The position numbers were made by a program, and so were the translations under genes. From the NCBI GenBank assembly GCA_965261355.1, contig CBDHDK010000002.1, forward strand, positions 731,304 through 795,303: a stretch of DNA of 64,000 nt. Direction: 5' to 3'. The stretch is from Dehalococcoidia bacterium. Lineage in GTDB: Bacteria > Chloroflexota > Dehalococcoidia > Lucifugimonadales > UBA3495. Shown piece after piece: positions 35,826 through 45,622 of this stretch. Numbering within the stretch: position 1 is the stretch's first letter; each line of letters opens with the position of its first letter. The notes under the pieces were generated by a model, which saw nothing but the letters and a program-made list of their open reading frames with translations, did no database searches and had not been told where the DNA came from.

Positions 35826-37313
35826 ATGGTAGCGGAGGCCGACATCCACTCGCGCGGCGTTCGCTCCACATGGGCCATCCTGACCATCACCGCGCTGGGG
35901 GCATTCATAGCCGCACTGGACCAGACGGTGGTGGTAACCGCGCTGCCCAGCGTGATGGTGGACCTGAAGCTGCCCATCACTGAGCTGGACAAGGTCTCCT
36001 GGATCATCACCTCGTACCTGCTGGGCTACACGGTCGCCATGCCCCTGATAGGGCGGCTGGGCGACGTGTACGGTTATCCCCGGGTTTACCAGGCCTCGCT
36101 GGTTGTCTTCTGCATCGGGACCAGCCTGGTGGCCGTCGCGCCCCACTTCGAGTGGATGATCGGCGCTCGGGTGATCCAGGCCATCGGCGGCGGTGGGACA
36201 GTACCCATCGGTATGGCGCTGGCGACGACGCTGGTGCCCCCGGAGAGGCGGGCGCTGGCCCTGGGCGTGGTCGGCGGAGCGGCGGAGGCGGGTTCCATGC
36301 TGGGACCGGCCTACGGCGGGGCCATCGTCGAACTGTCGAGCTGGCGATGGATATTCTGGCTCAACGTGCCCCAGGCCGCGGTGGTGTTCGTTGCCGTGAT
36401 GTTGCTGCCCAACCGTCGCAACCGCGAGGCACGAGTGGACTACCTGGGCGGCGCGCTGCTGGTGGTGGCGTTGCTGCTGCTTTCGCTGGCCCTGTCGCGT
36501 AAGGATCTGTTCACTCTGGAGTCGCCGGTGCCCTTCGTGCTGGCGGCCTCGGGATTGGGGATGGCTGGCATGCTGGTGCTGGTGGAACGGCGCATCTGGC
36601 AGCCCTTGCTGGCCGACGTGTTTCTGCGTTCCCGGAACTTCATCGTCTCCAACTTGGCGCAGGCGCTGGTGGGGGTGTCGCTGATCCTGGCCATAGTCAC
36701 TGTCCCGCTGACGGCCGACACGGTGATGCAGAAGGAGCCCTTCACCGGCGCGATGTGGCTGCTCCGCATGACCGGTGTGATACCAATAGCATCGGTGCTC
36801 GGCGGATTGCTGGTGCCCCGGCTGGGTGCGCGGACGCTGACGGTGACCGGACTGTTGATGGTGTCGGTAGGGCTGTTCTTCTGCTCTCGGTGGGAGATTG
36901 GCGTGGACGACCCCGAGCTTACTCTGCAACTGCTCTTGGCCGGAGTGGGATTCGGGCTGGTCATCGCCCCGATACTGCACCGAGCCCTGTCGGCGATCGG
37001 TGAGGACTATCGGGCCACCGGGGCTTCGCTGGTTACGGTGTCGCGGATGATGGGCATGACGCTGGGCCTGGCGGCGATGTCGGCCTGGGGCGTCGAGCAC
37101 TTCCAGGTGCTGACGTCCAGTCTCGAGTTTCCCATCCTGCAGCCGGGCGAGTCGTCGGAGTCTCACGCCACACGGCTGGAGCAGTACTCGGCCGACGTGA
37201 ACACGGCCGGTCTGGCGGTGTTTCGCAACTTCTTCCGCGCCGCCGCCATAATCTCGCTGGCGGCCATACCCTTCGCGCTGGTGCAGTTCAGGGGAGAACG
37301 GGTGGACGATTAG
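35826..37313 (+). CDS. MFS transporter, DHA2-like 14-TMS drug/H+ antiporter type
   Basis: 495 aa. 'LDQTVVVTALPSV', 'GRLGDVYGYPRV' (motif A-like). About 14 hydrophobic segments. Confidence 0.85.
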   Translation: MVAEADIHSRGVRSTWAILTITALGAFIAALDQTVVVTALPSVMVDLKLPITELDKVSWIITSYLLGYTVAMPLIGRLGDVYGYPRVYQASLVVFCIGTSLVAVAPHFEWMIGARVIQAIGGGGTVPIGMALATTLVPPERRALALGVVGGAAEAGSMLGPAYGGAIVELSSWRWIFWLNVPQAAVVFVAVMLLPNRRNREARVDYLGGALLVVALLLLSLALSRKDLFTLESPVPFVLAASGLGMAGMLVLVERRIWQPLLADVFLRSRNFIVSNLAQALVGVSLILAIVTVPLTADTVMQKEPFTGAMWLLRMTGVIPIASVLGGLLVPRLGARTLTVTGLLMVSVGLFFCSRWEIGVDDPELTLQLLLAGVGFGLVIAPILHRALSAIGEDYRATGASLVTVSRMMGMTLGLAAMSAWGVEHFQVLTSSLEFPILQPGESSESHATRLEQYSADVNTAGLAVFRNFFRAAAIISLAAIPFALVQFRGERVDD

Positions 37314-37322
37314 AAAGCGTCG

Positions 37323-38129
37323 CTACAGCGGGAACGCAGCCTCCAGCCGCTGCACCTGCTCCGGCGTGAGGCGCCAGCCGGAGGCACCGCAGTTCTCCTC
37401 GGTGCGGGCCACGCTGTTGGTCTTGGGAATTACCACGACCGGAGATCGCGTGAGGCACCAGTTCAGGGCCACCTGCGCTGGCGTTCTGCCTGCCTCGTGG
37501 GCGAGGGCTTCCAGCGTTTCCCACTGCTGGCCTACCCTCAGACGGGGCCGCACGGCCAAGGAGCCGTCGGCCAGCGGCGTGTAGGCCATTACCGTGACGC
37601 GGTTCTCCTCGCAGTAGGGAATCAGGTCGCGTTCGATGCTTCTTCGCTTCAGGTTGTACAGCACCTGGTTGCAGACTATGGGGTGCCTGGACATCACGGC
37701 CTTCGCCTCTCGCATGTCCGCCACCGAGAAATTGCTGACTCCGATGTAGCGCACCATGCCCCGGTCCACCAGCGTCTCCATCGCCCGCATTGTATCGGCG
37801 ATGGGAACGTTTCGGCTGGGCCAGTGAATCTGGTACAGGTCTATGACGTCTTCCTGCAGCAGGCGCATGCTCTTCTCGGCGGCCCGCAGCACGTCGTCGT
37901 AGCGCAGGTTGCTGCCCAGCACCTTGGTGGCGACGAACACCCGGTCGCGGATGCCGCGGATGGCCTGTCCCACGGCGTCCTCGGTGCGGTACATCTCGGC
38001 GGTGTCGATGAGGTTAGCGCCAAGCTCGATGCCCCGCAGCAGGGGTTCCGGCCCGCCCCGGTACTTCCATGTGCCCAGTCCCACCTCGGGTATCATCACG
38101 CCGGTCGCGCCCAGCTCCCGGTATTCCAT
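37323..38129 (-). CDS. aldo/keto reductase
   Basis: 'MEYRELGATGVMIPEVGLGTW', 'IDTAEMY', 'DLYQIHWP', 'IGVSNF'. Confidence 0.9.
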   Translation of the reverse strand: MEYRELGATGVMIPEVGLGTWKYRGGPEPLLRGIELGANLIDTAEMYRTEDAVGQAIRGIRDRVFVATKVLGSNLRYDDVLRAAEKSMRLLQEDVIDLYQIHWPSRNVPIADTMRAMETLVDRGMVRYIGVSNFSVADMREAKAVMSRHPIVCNQVLYNLKRRSIERDLIPYCEENRVTVMAYTPLADGSLAVRPRLRVGQQWETLEALAHEAGRTPAQVALNWCLTRSPVVVIPKTNSVARTEENCGASGWRLTPEQVQRLEAAFPL

Positions 38130-38240
38130 CGCCAGCCTCCGATGCAGGATGCAGGCCTCCCCCGCAGGATGCAGAATTGTCCCCAGCTATGTTATACCAG
38201 TGTGGCCAATAATTGCGGGCCATGGCCCGGAGGTGTCGAA

Positions 38241-38669
38241 ATGGAGTTCCAGGACTACGAGAATTTCGTAAGCAACAACAAGCGCGGGGTTATCACCACC
38301 TACCGGCGCAACGGCGCAGGCCACACCAGCATCGTGGTCTGCGGCGCCTACAAGGGCAAGGCGGCCTACGTCATCGTGTACGGCAGCTCGGTCAAGGTGC
38401 GTAACCTGCAGCGAGACAAGCGCTGCACCATCATGGCGGTCAGCGAGGACTGGCGCAGCTGCGTCTGCGTCGAGGGCACGGCGGAGACGATGAGCTACCA
38501 CGATACCGACGCGGAGACCATGCGCGTCGAGCTGCGCGAGGTGTTCCGTGCCTGCAGCGCCCACGGCGACCACCCCGACTGGGAAGAATACGACGAGGCG
38601 ATGGTCAAGCAGGACGGCGTAATCGTCCTCGTGGAGCCGGAGCGAGTCTACGGCAGGGTCCGCGGGTAA
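38241..38669 (+). CDS. PPOX-class (pyridoxamine 5'-phosphate oxidase-like) probable F420/FMN-binding protein
   Basis: ATG 38241 after GGAGGTG, inside shadow ORF 37497..38669. 'GVITTYRRNGAGHTSIV...VKVRNLQRDKRCTI'. Confidence 0.65.
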   Translation: MEFQDYENFVSNNKRGVITTYRRNGAGHTSIVVCGAYKGKAAYVIVYGSSVKVRNLQRDKRCTIMAVSEDWRSCVCVEGTAETMSYHDTDAETMRVELREVFRACSAHGDHPDWEEYDEAMVKQDGVIVLVEPERVYGRVRG

Positions 38670-38777
38670 GCTTCTGCCGCTGGCTAACGTGTTAGCAAAG
38701 GAAGAGAATGCACTGTTCGTCCTCCCATTACTGCAAAGGTCGAGCGGGGTCAAGTGAGTCTTACCAAGGGTGCCCGC

Positions 38778-39764
38778 CTAGCCAATCCCCAGCGCCGCGT
38801 CGGCCAGGCACACCAGCTCCCCGCGTTGGTTGGTGCCGCGCACCCGGCACTCCACGATTCCCCGGTCGCCCTCGCGCCTGCGTCCCGTCACCTCTCCCGC
38901 GAAGGTGACCGTGTCCCCGCTTCGGAAGGGAGTGATTGCCCGCATCAGCAGGCTCCCGCCGTTGTAGAAGGCCTCGGGCGGGAAGGAAAGCAGCAGCATC
39001 CGGTCGACGTAGGACATGGTGGCCGGACCGGAGTTGACCGTGCCGCCGAAGATGTTCTGCCGAGCGAACTCCTCGTCGGTGTGAATGTTGCTCTCGCTGG
39101 GACGCCCGGCCAGCCGGAAGGCGCTGCGGCGGTTGATGATTTCCTGGCTCTCGGTGATGCTCAGCTCGGCCAGCGCCGTTCCCTCTGCGGCAGAATCGTA
39201 GTCTAGTAATCCCCTGCCGGCGGGTGGGGGCGTCTGTCGTGGGGGTTCCTCGGCCGGGGCTGATGTGGACGAGGGAGCGGAACCGGAGGGGACATCACGC
39301 TGGCCCTTGGCGTAGTCGAAGATGCAGGTGTAGTCGTACTCCACCGCCGTCTGGCCCCGCTGGGTTACGCCCTCGACACGAAAGGTCACGAAGCGGCTGC
39401 CGCGGCGCTCATATTTTTCCAGCACGCCGCGAGTGCCGGTGATGGTGTCTCTGGCGCAGACGGGCCCGTGCCAGCGAATCTGGCACTTGGCGAAGGGCGT
39501 CTGCCGCCGCGCCGTCTTCGACTGCTCCAGCGCCGTGAAGCCGTTGGCCTCGGCGATCTCCTCGCGCAACAGCGGCGCGTAGGCCAGCACCATCGTCGGC
39601 ATGGCCAGCGACGCGCCCGGTCCACGGTAGTGGGAGTCGTCGTTCAGCGCCGCCTCGGCGTACCCCGCGATGTTCTCGGCGGTGATGGCCACCACCGTCT
39701 CCGCGCCCTGCTGGCCGGGTTCCGCGGCCTCGTATGTCCAGAGCCTTTCCGCCTGTTCTACCAC
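38778..39764 (-). CDS. double hotdog-fold dehydratase (FAS1-like N-terminal half + MaoC-like C-terminal half)
   Basis: 328 aa, two hotdog halves joined by a P/S-rich linker. C-terminal '..NIHTDEEFARQNIFGGTVNSG...ITPFRSGDTVTFAGEV'. Confidence 0.65.
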   Translation of the reverse strand: MVEQAERLWTYEAAEPGQQGAETVVAITAENIAGYAEAALNDDSHYRGPGASLAMPTMVLAYAPLLREEIAEANGFTALEQSKTARRQTPFAKCQIRWHGPVCARDTITGTRGVLEKYERRGSRFVTFRVEGVTQRGQTAVEYDYTCIFDYAKGQRDVPSGSAPSSTSAPAEEPPRQTPPPAGRGLLDYDSAAEGTALAELSITESQEIINRRSAFRLAGRPSESNIHTDEEFARQNIFGGTVNSGPATMSYVDRMLLLSFPPEAFYNGGSLLMRAITPFRSGDTVTFAGEVTGRRREGDRGIVECRVRGTNQRGELVCLADAALGIG

Positions 39765-39823
39765 TGTCCCGTCCTCCTGTGCTGCTACCTCGTGTCTCCC
39801 GTAATTCCCGTCCTCCTGCGCCG

Positions 39824-40780
39824 CTACCTGGGTTCTGTCCAGTTGTTGGCGTCCGGTCCCGATGCCGGAATGTTGTCCAGCACCTTCTGAATCAGCCGGC
39901 GCGTGTGGGTTCCCCTGCCTCGGTTGAGATGGCCGGTGGCGGCGTCGACGTAGGGCTGGCTTATCCGCCCGAGATACGAGGATACTCCCTCGGCGCGGAT
40001 CGCGCTGAGGGCTTCCGTGTAGAAGGAAAGCACGTGGACGGTGCCCAGTTGCATTCCAGCCTGGAGCGCGCCTGCGGCAACCAGGGTGGAAACCACCAGC
40101 GGCGACCGCCTCTGCTCCCTCGCGGCCAGGTTCAGTTGAGAAAAGAGCTCGGCAAGACGCTGCGGACCCGGGATCAGATCGGCATTCTCCCGCAGCTGTG
40201 CCACTGAATCCCGCATGTCCGATATCGCCGTGGGAGGAATGTCTATGGCGTCCGCTGCCTGCCCCACGGTCCTGTCCAGCACCGCGAGCAGGTCGTCGAC
40301 CGACGATATGTCCGTGCTGTGTGGCAGGACGTCGGCTTTCTTGAGCTCCTTGACAAAGGTGTCAAGGTAGACCCGAGTGCCGTTGGTTACGTCCGATGCC
40401 ACGGCGAGGAACCACAGGGGCGAAAAGCCCACGGTGAAGACGCTGAAGGCCTCCACGAAGTTGCCAGCGACCTTGCGCTGGATCAGTTCCTGGCCCGACA
40501 TGTCCTGCATGGGGAAGCGCCCGCTGACTCCGCCAACGGCCTCGACGGTGATGCGCAGGGGCCGAGCGATGAGGCACTGGTAAATCCTGGCGTTCCGCAC
40601 CGGCGGTGGGAGGACGTGGTCGGTGGTCTCCAGCAAAAGCCCGCCGCCGCTGGCCGCCGTGGTGCGGACCAGCCGCTCCGGCAGCGAGACCACGTATCCC
40701 GCCAGGGATTCCCGACCTTCCTGCGGCTGTTCCTGCTGGCCTTTCTGACCGTCAGTGTGTTCTTCGGACTGACTCGACAT
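39824..40780 (-). CDS. hypothetical protein
   Basis: 318-aa ORF with codon usage like its neighbours and no recognised domain. Lies downstream of module copy C. Confidence 0.5.
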   Translation of the reverse strand: MSSQSEEHTDGQKGQQEQPQEGRESLAGYVVSLPERLVRTTAASGGGLLLETTDHVLPPPVRNARIYQCLIARPLRITVEAVGGVSGRFPMQDMSGQELIQRKVAGNFVEAFSVFTVGFSPLWFLAVASDVTNGTRVYLDTFVKELKKADVLPHSTDISSVDDLLAVLDRTVGQAADAIDIPPTAISDMRDSVAQLRENADLIPGPQRLAELFSQLNLAAREQRRSPLVVSTLVAAGALQAGMQLGTVHVLSFYTEALSAIRAEGVSSYLGRISQPYVDAATGHLNRGRGTHTRRLIQKVLDNIPASGPDANNWTEPR

Positions 40781-41261
40781 AGTCCCGTATCCTCATATCT
40801 TCACCGGGATGGTCTTCACCGGGTTGGTTGTCCTCAGCATACTCATTTTCTCCGCTTTCCGCTCAAACCCGCTCATTTCCGCTCACTTTGCAGTCCCGCA
40901 CCCATGGCGAAGCTTCGAAGAGATGGGGTGAGATGAAACGGTCCCATGAAGGAAACCCCAGGAAAGGTGTCTATCGTTGTCCGATACGGCGTTGTCCGAT
41001 ACGGTCCTATAAGCTCCATCCAATGATTGGGTGATTGGGACGGCCAACCAGGGTCGGCCGCTCCTGCCATCCTATACCAAGGCTACAGCGGGATGTAGAT
41101 TGCCATGTGATGCAATCGGGGAAGGTGGATGCTGGAGGTTCATCTGCCAAAGCAGCAAAGACACGCCGGAGACGCCCTCACCCCCCGCCTTCGCGGGGGC
41201 AGGCTCTAACCCTCTCCCGGAGGGAAAGGGAGCTGTTTGGCTCCCTAATTTCATAACAATG

Positions 41262-41493
41262 ACGGGTTGGATGGCGAAAAGCCAGCTAAATTGGACCGCT
41301 ATCATTATGCCTTCGGGCAGATGACAGTCGGGAGTCCAGTATCATTATCTGAGTGTCCTCTCGTAGAGGTGTAACATTCTGTAAAAATTTGTAACAAACC
41401 CGATCATTGTGGTCCTAAATTGAGACAGGCCAATCCGGTGGTTCGGGCACCAAACAGGCGGTTCAGGGTTTCTTCTTGAGAACAATTGTACGA
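41262..41493 (-). repeat. copy C of the conserved intergenic module (minus-strand orientation)
   Basis: The reverse complement reads 'tcgtacaattgttctc...gtctcaatttagg...gttacaaatttttacagaatgttacac..gagaggacactc..gataatga...tgcc-cgaa-ggca...ccaatttagctggcttttcgccatccaaccc'. Phased hexamers at 41369-41395. Confidence 0.6.
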
Positions 41494-41528
41494 TTTATGA
41501 CGCCCGAGGCAAGCGCCACTTCAGCGGA

Positions 41529-41702
41529 CAGGGCAATCGCGTTTTGTTTCTGGGCACACAAATTGGGCTGGAATAGAGGTGGCGGTGAAATTGACAGTGC
41601 TTCCCAGGGTTCTGGGTGCGACGGTATACGGGGGTTTGGATTCCCGCCTGCGCGGGAATGACAGGTCACAAGGCCTCCGGCGTTCAAAACGCGATTGCCC
41701 TG
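41529..41702. mobile_element. MITE-like element, copy 2 (inverted relative to copy 1)
   Basis: Same 17-bp TIRs (41529-41545 and 41686-41702). 10-bp TSD cttcagcgga (41519-41528 and 41703-41712). The interior is about 93% identical to the reverse complement of copy 1. Confidence 0.8.
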
Positions 41703-41826
41703 CTTCAGCGGACGGTGTCCCGAAACAGGTGGTCAGGCCAGAAGCGAGACGGGGACCTTCGGCAGGCTCAGGGCAGGGTTTGGATTCCCGCTCCCCGGCT
41801 TCGCGAGGACAGGCTGCCCGGGAATT

Positions 41827-41868
41827 ACGGGTTGGATGGCGAAAAACCACCTAAATTGGAACGCCATC
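41827..41868. repeat. 42-nt direct repeat of 41262-41303
   Basis: acgggttggatggcgaaaa[a/g]cca[c/g]ctaaattgga[a/c]cgc[c/t]atc, 38/42 identical. Each copy is followed (on the minus strand) by a different GC-rich REP-like palindrome. Confidence 0.7.
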
Positions 41869-41871
41869 GTG

Positions 41872-43908
41872 TCAGCACGGGGTGGCGGCCCCGGGCGGGG
41901 CCGGCCGCAGGCGGAGCTCTTGCAGGGTTGCGCGGTCGAAGGGGTTGCCGCCGGACTGCAACGTGGCGATCCACGCCTCGCGGCTGGGACGGTAGTGGGG
42001 TCGGCAGGCCTCCTTGACCGACGAGTCCACCCAGGCCAGGAATGCCCGAAAGTCCGCAATGGCCTCGTCCTCGCGCCCCATCACCGCGTTGACCAGCCCG
42101 CGACTGTCGCGGTACGGTCCGTCGGGGTCGTATTCCAGCGCCAGCTCGCAGTGGGGCAGGGCCTGTTCCGGCTGACGCTGGATGCCCATCTGCCAGCACA
42201 GCGTGTTGTTGTAGACCGGGTTGCGCGGCTCCCGCTGCTGTGCCCTCCGAAAGTCGAAGACGGAGGTATCAACGCCACCCATGCCGGAGTACATCTGACC
42301 CCGGTTGTAGTAGCCCGTTGCGGAATCGGGGTCCAGCTCGATGGCCTTGGTGAAGTCGGCCTCGGCAAGGTCCCAGTCGCCCTCCTCCCCACGTTGCAGG
42401 TAGGCGTTGCCGCGGTTGATCCACGCCGTTGGCAGCTCCGGTTGCAGTTCGATGGCCTTCTCCAAGTCGTCGAAGGCCAGTTCGAGGTCGCCTGATTCCC
42501 CCCGCTCCAAGTACACCGCCGCCCGGTTCACGTATGCCGAGGCGGAGTCTGAATCGGCTTCGATGGCGCGTTCGAGGTCGTTGAGAGCACGGGCCAGGTC
42601 GCCCTCCTGTCCGCGCTCTAGGTACGCCACGGCCAGGTTGTAGTGGTGAGAGGCCGAGGGAGCACCGAGGTCGGCGGCCCGGCTCAGGTCAGCGATGGCT
42701 CGGTCGGCGTCGCCGGGCCGTCCCCGCTCCAGGTACGCCAACCCGCGCCCGCTGAAGCTGTCGGCCGAGCGGGGCTGGACCGCCAGCACCTGGGTGAACA
42801 GCCAGATGGCCTCGTCGAAGTCGGCGTATTCCCCTCCGAGATAGGCCCGTCCCAGGCGGTACCGCAGTCCTGCCAGCGCCGCCGGGTCCCCCGCCGGGTC
42901 GGCCAGCGCCTAGATCAATACCGTCTTGGCCAGGTCGAACTCGCGCCGTTCCAGGTACAGCTGCCCCAGGGTGAGCAGGGCCACCGACCGCACTTCGGCC
43001 GTGAGGTCGATGTTGATGGCCGTGGGTAGTTCGGTGGGGGAGGAAGATATATCCACCACCTGCGGGCCGCGGGGTTCACTCTGGCCGCGGGAAGTGGTAA
43101 GCGACGCAAGCACCCTTCCGCTGTCGTACTCTCCCCAGATGATGATGGACGCTCCGGAGCGCTCAACGGCCTTCATCGCCTCCCCTTCACTGGCGATCTC
43201 CTCGGGCCAGTCCGCCGTCCGTATGCCCGACAATCTGGCCGCCGCGATCTCCCGGTCGATGCTGCTGCGCAGCCTGCCTTGCACGTTGAAGCCCTGCCGG
43301 CCGGCCGTGTAGTTCGCGAACGGCGCGATGGCGACCAGCGACTCCCCGCCTGTCGCCACCGGGTACTCCGGTCCGCCCGTGAAGCGCAGTCCGACGACGA
43401 TCGCTACCACGGCCACCACCAGCGCCGCGACGACAGCGAACACGCCCGAGATACGTAGCCGTCGCCGCCTGTCCGTCCCCGCGACGACGACCGCCGGTAC
43501 GCCCATTGCCGCCACCGTGACCGGTACACCCGGCGCATTGCCAGCTACGGCCAGGGCGGCGGTCTGTGGTTCCGGCGGCGCTGGCTCCGTGACTGGTGGG
43601 CCGCCCTCGGGCTGGAAGTCGGCCGCCGTCAGCAGCTCGTCGCGCTCCTCGGGTGTCAGGCGCAGCAGCTCGGCGCAGCGCAGCACGTCTTCTCGGTAGC
43701 GCGGGCGGCTGGTCACGCCCTCCTTCCAGCGGATCAGCGTCAGGCGGCTGACGCCGATGCGCCGGGCCAGGTCCGCGTCGGAGATCCCCACCCGGTCGAT
43801 GTGTGCTGTCAATAGATCGGCAAAAGTTGGCAACTGATACAACTCCGGCACACAATACTTTCGGATTGTTACATATCTGTCGTCGAGTGTGCATCTGGTG
43901 AAAGGCAA
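41872..43908 (-). pseudogene. XRE-HTH / transmembrane / TPR-repeat protein interrupted by one in-frame TAG (complement of 42910-42912)
   Basis: ORFs 42910..43908 and 41872..42789 are in the same frame, and the 40 codons between them are open and TPR-like ('..LAKTVLI*ALADPAGDPAALAGLRYRLGRAYLGGEYADFDEAIWLFTQVLAVQPRS..'). N-terminus 'LLTAHIDRVGISDADLARRIGVSRLTLIRWKEG', one TM segment, then at least 8 TPRs. Confidence 0.65.
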
Positions 43909-43948
43909 AAATCCTCATTGCCACATTACAATTCATGGAGGCGATGAG

Positions 43949-45565
43949 ATGTTTCACACCTTGATAAAGGCCGCGGCTTCCTTGGCCATTGTGCTGCTGC
44001 TGGCCGCCTGCGGACAGGCGGAATACGAGGCGGCGCCCACTGCGGCGCCTGCTGCCACGGCCGCACCGGCGGCCGCTGTCGTACAGGAATCGGGAGCGCC
44101 ACCGCAAGAGCAGCCGGTGGTCGTTGCTACCGAGGGCGCACGTACCGACGGGTTCAGCGCGAACGGCTCGGGCCAGGTCAACGAGCCAGCCTACGACATG
44201 ACCTTCTTCCGGCACTACGGCGTCAACCCTTTCATCGACACCGAGGACGACCGCTTCTCCACCTTCGCTATCGATGTGGACACCGCTTCCTACACCGTGG
44301 CGCGCCGGTTCCTGGAGGACGGCAACCTGCCCGACCCTGACTCGGTGCGGGTGGAGGAATTCGTCAACTTCTTCGACCAGGGATACGAGGCCCCCGTGGG
44401 CGATGCTTTCGCGATCCACGTCGAGGGCTCGCCTTCGCCCTTCGGTAGCGCCAACCACTGGCTGCTGCGAGTCGGCCTCCAGGGACGCGACATACTGGAA
44501 CAGCAGCGCTTGGACGCCACCCTCGTGTTCGCCATCGACGTCTCCGGCTCCATGGCTCGCGAGGACCGGCTCGGCCTGGTGAAGCAGTCGCTCCGGCTGC
44601 TGGTCGACGAGCTGCGCTCCGACGACGAGGTCGCCGTCGTTGTCTATGGCGACCGTGGGTCGGTGTTGCTTGAGACCACCCCGGGCCGGTACAAGGGCGA
44701 GATCCTCGCGGCCATCGATTCCCTGAACCCGGGTGGCTCCACCTTCGTCGAGGACGGCCTGCGCATCGCCTACGGTCTGGCGGCCGCGGAGGTCGAGCCG
44801 GGCCGTACGACCCGCGTTATCCTGCTCTCCGACGGCGTCGGCAACGTCGGCAACACCGGTCCGGACGCCATCCTTCAGCAGGTTCGGCAGCATGTGGACC
44901 AAGGCGTTACCCTGACCACCGTCGGCTTCGGCATGGGCAACTACAACGACATATTGATGGAACGGCTGGCCAACGACGGCGATGGGGCCTACTACTACGT
45001 TGACTCGCTCTCCGAGGCGCGGCGCATCTTCGTCGACGACCTGACCGGCACGCTCCAGACCATCGCCAAGGACACGAAGGTGCAGGTCGACTTCAACCCC
45101 GAGACCGTCAGCCTCTACCGGCTGCTGGGCTACGAGAACCGGGACGTGGCCGACGAGGACTTCCGCGACGACACGGTGGATGCGGGCGAGGTCGGGGCCG
45201 GCCACAGCGTCACTGCGCTGTACGAGCTGAAGCTGCGGGAAGGCGCGCAGGGCACTCTGGGCACTATCCGCCTGCGGTACGAGGACACCCTCCTCGACGA
45301 GGTGGGCGAGATCAGCCGGGCCTTTTACACCGGAAACCTCGCGCCCGCCTTCGCGGAGGCCTCCTACCGGTTCCAGCTGGCGGCGCTGGTCGCCGAGTTC
45401 GCTGAGGTCCTGCGCGGCAGCTACTGGGCCCGCGACGGCAGCCTGCAGGCCGTCGCCGCCGAGGCGCAGCGCCTGGTGCAGCTCCGGCCGGAAGCCGACG
45501 TGGCCGAGTTCACGGCCTATGCAACCCAGGCCGCGCGCCTGCAGGGCTTGTCGGACGAGCGGTAG
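43949..45565 (+). CDS. von Willebrand factor type A (vWA) lipoprotein, YfbK/DUF3520-like
   Basis: ATG 43949 after GGAGG. 'AIVLLLAACGQ' lipobox. 'STFAIDVDTASY', 'LVFAIDVSGSM' (MIDAS DxSxS), 'LLSDGVGNVG', 'YRLLGYENR'. Confidence 0.85.
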   Translation: MFHTLIKAAASLAIVLLLAACGQAEYEAAPTAAPAATAAPAAAVVQESGAPPQEQPVVVATEGARTDGFSANGSGQVNEPAYDMTFFRHYGVNPFIDTEDDRFSTFAIDVDTASYTVARRFLEDGNLPDPDSVRVEEFVNFFDQGYEAPVGDAFAIHVEGSPSPFGSANHWLLRVGLQGRDILEQQRLDATLVFAIDVSGSMAREDRLGLVKQSLRLLVDELRSDDEVAVVVYGDRGSVLLETTPGRYKGEILAAIDSLNPGGSTFVEDGLRIAYGLAAAEVEPGRTTRVILLSDGVGNVGNTGPDAILQQVRQHVDQGVTLTTVGFGMGNYNDILMERLANDGDGAYYYVDSLSEARRIFVDDLTGTLQTIAKDTKVQVDFNPETVSLYRLLGYENRDVADEDFRDDTVDAGEVGAGHSVTALYELKLREGAQGTLGTIRLRYEDTLLDEVGEISRAFYTGNLAPAFAEASYRFQLAALVAEFAEVLRGSYWARDGSLQAVAAEAQRLVQLRPEADVAEFTAYATQAARLQGLSDER

Positions 45566-45593
45566 CCGGGCACGCTTTCCGCCACAAATAAGG

Positions 45594-45622
45594 CACCCCC
45601 TCCCTTTCAACGGGAAGGGGTG
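45594..45622 (+). terminator. hairpin after the vWA gene
   Basis: caccccctccc-tttcaac-gggaaggggtg (one mismatch), 29 nt after the stop. Confidence 0.45.
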
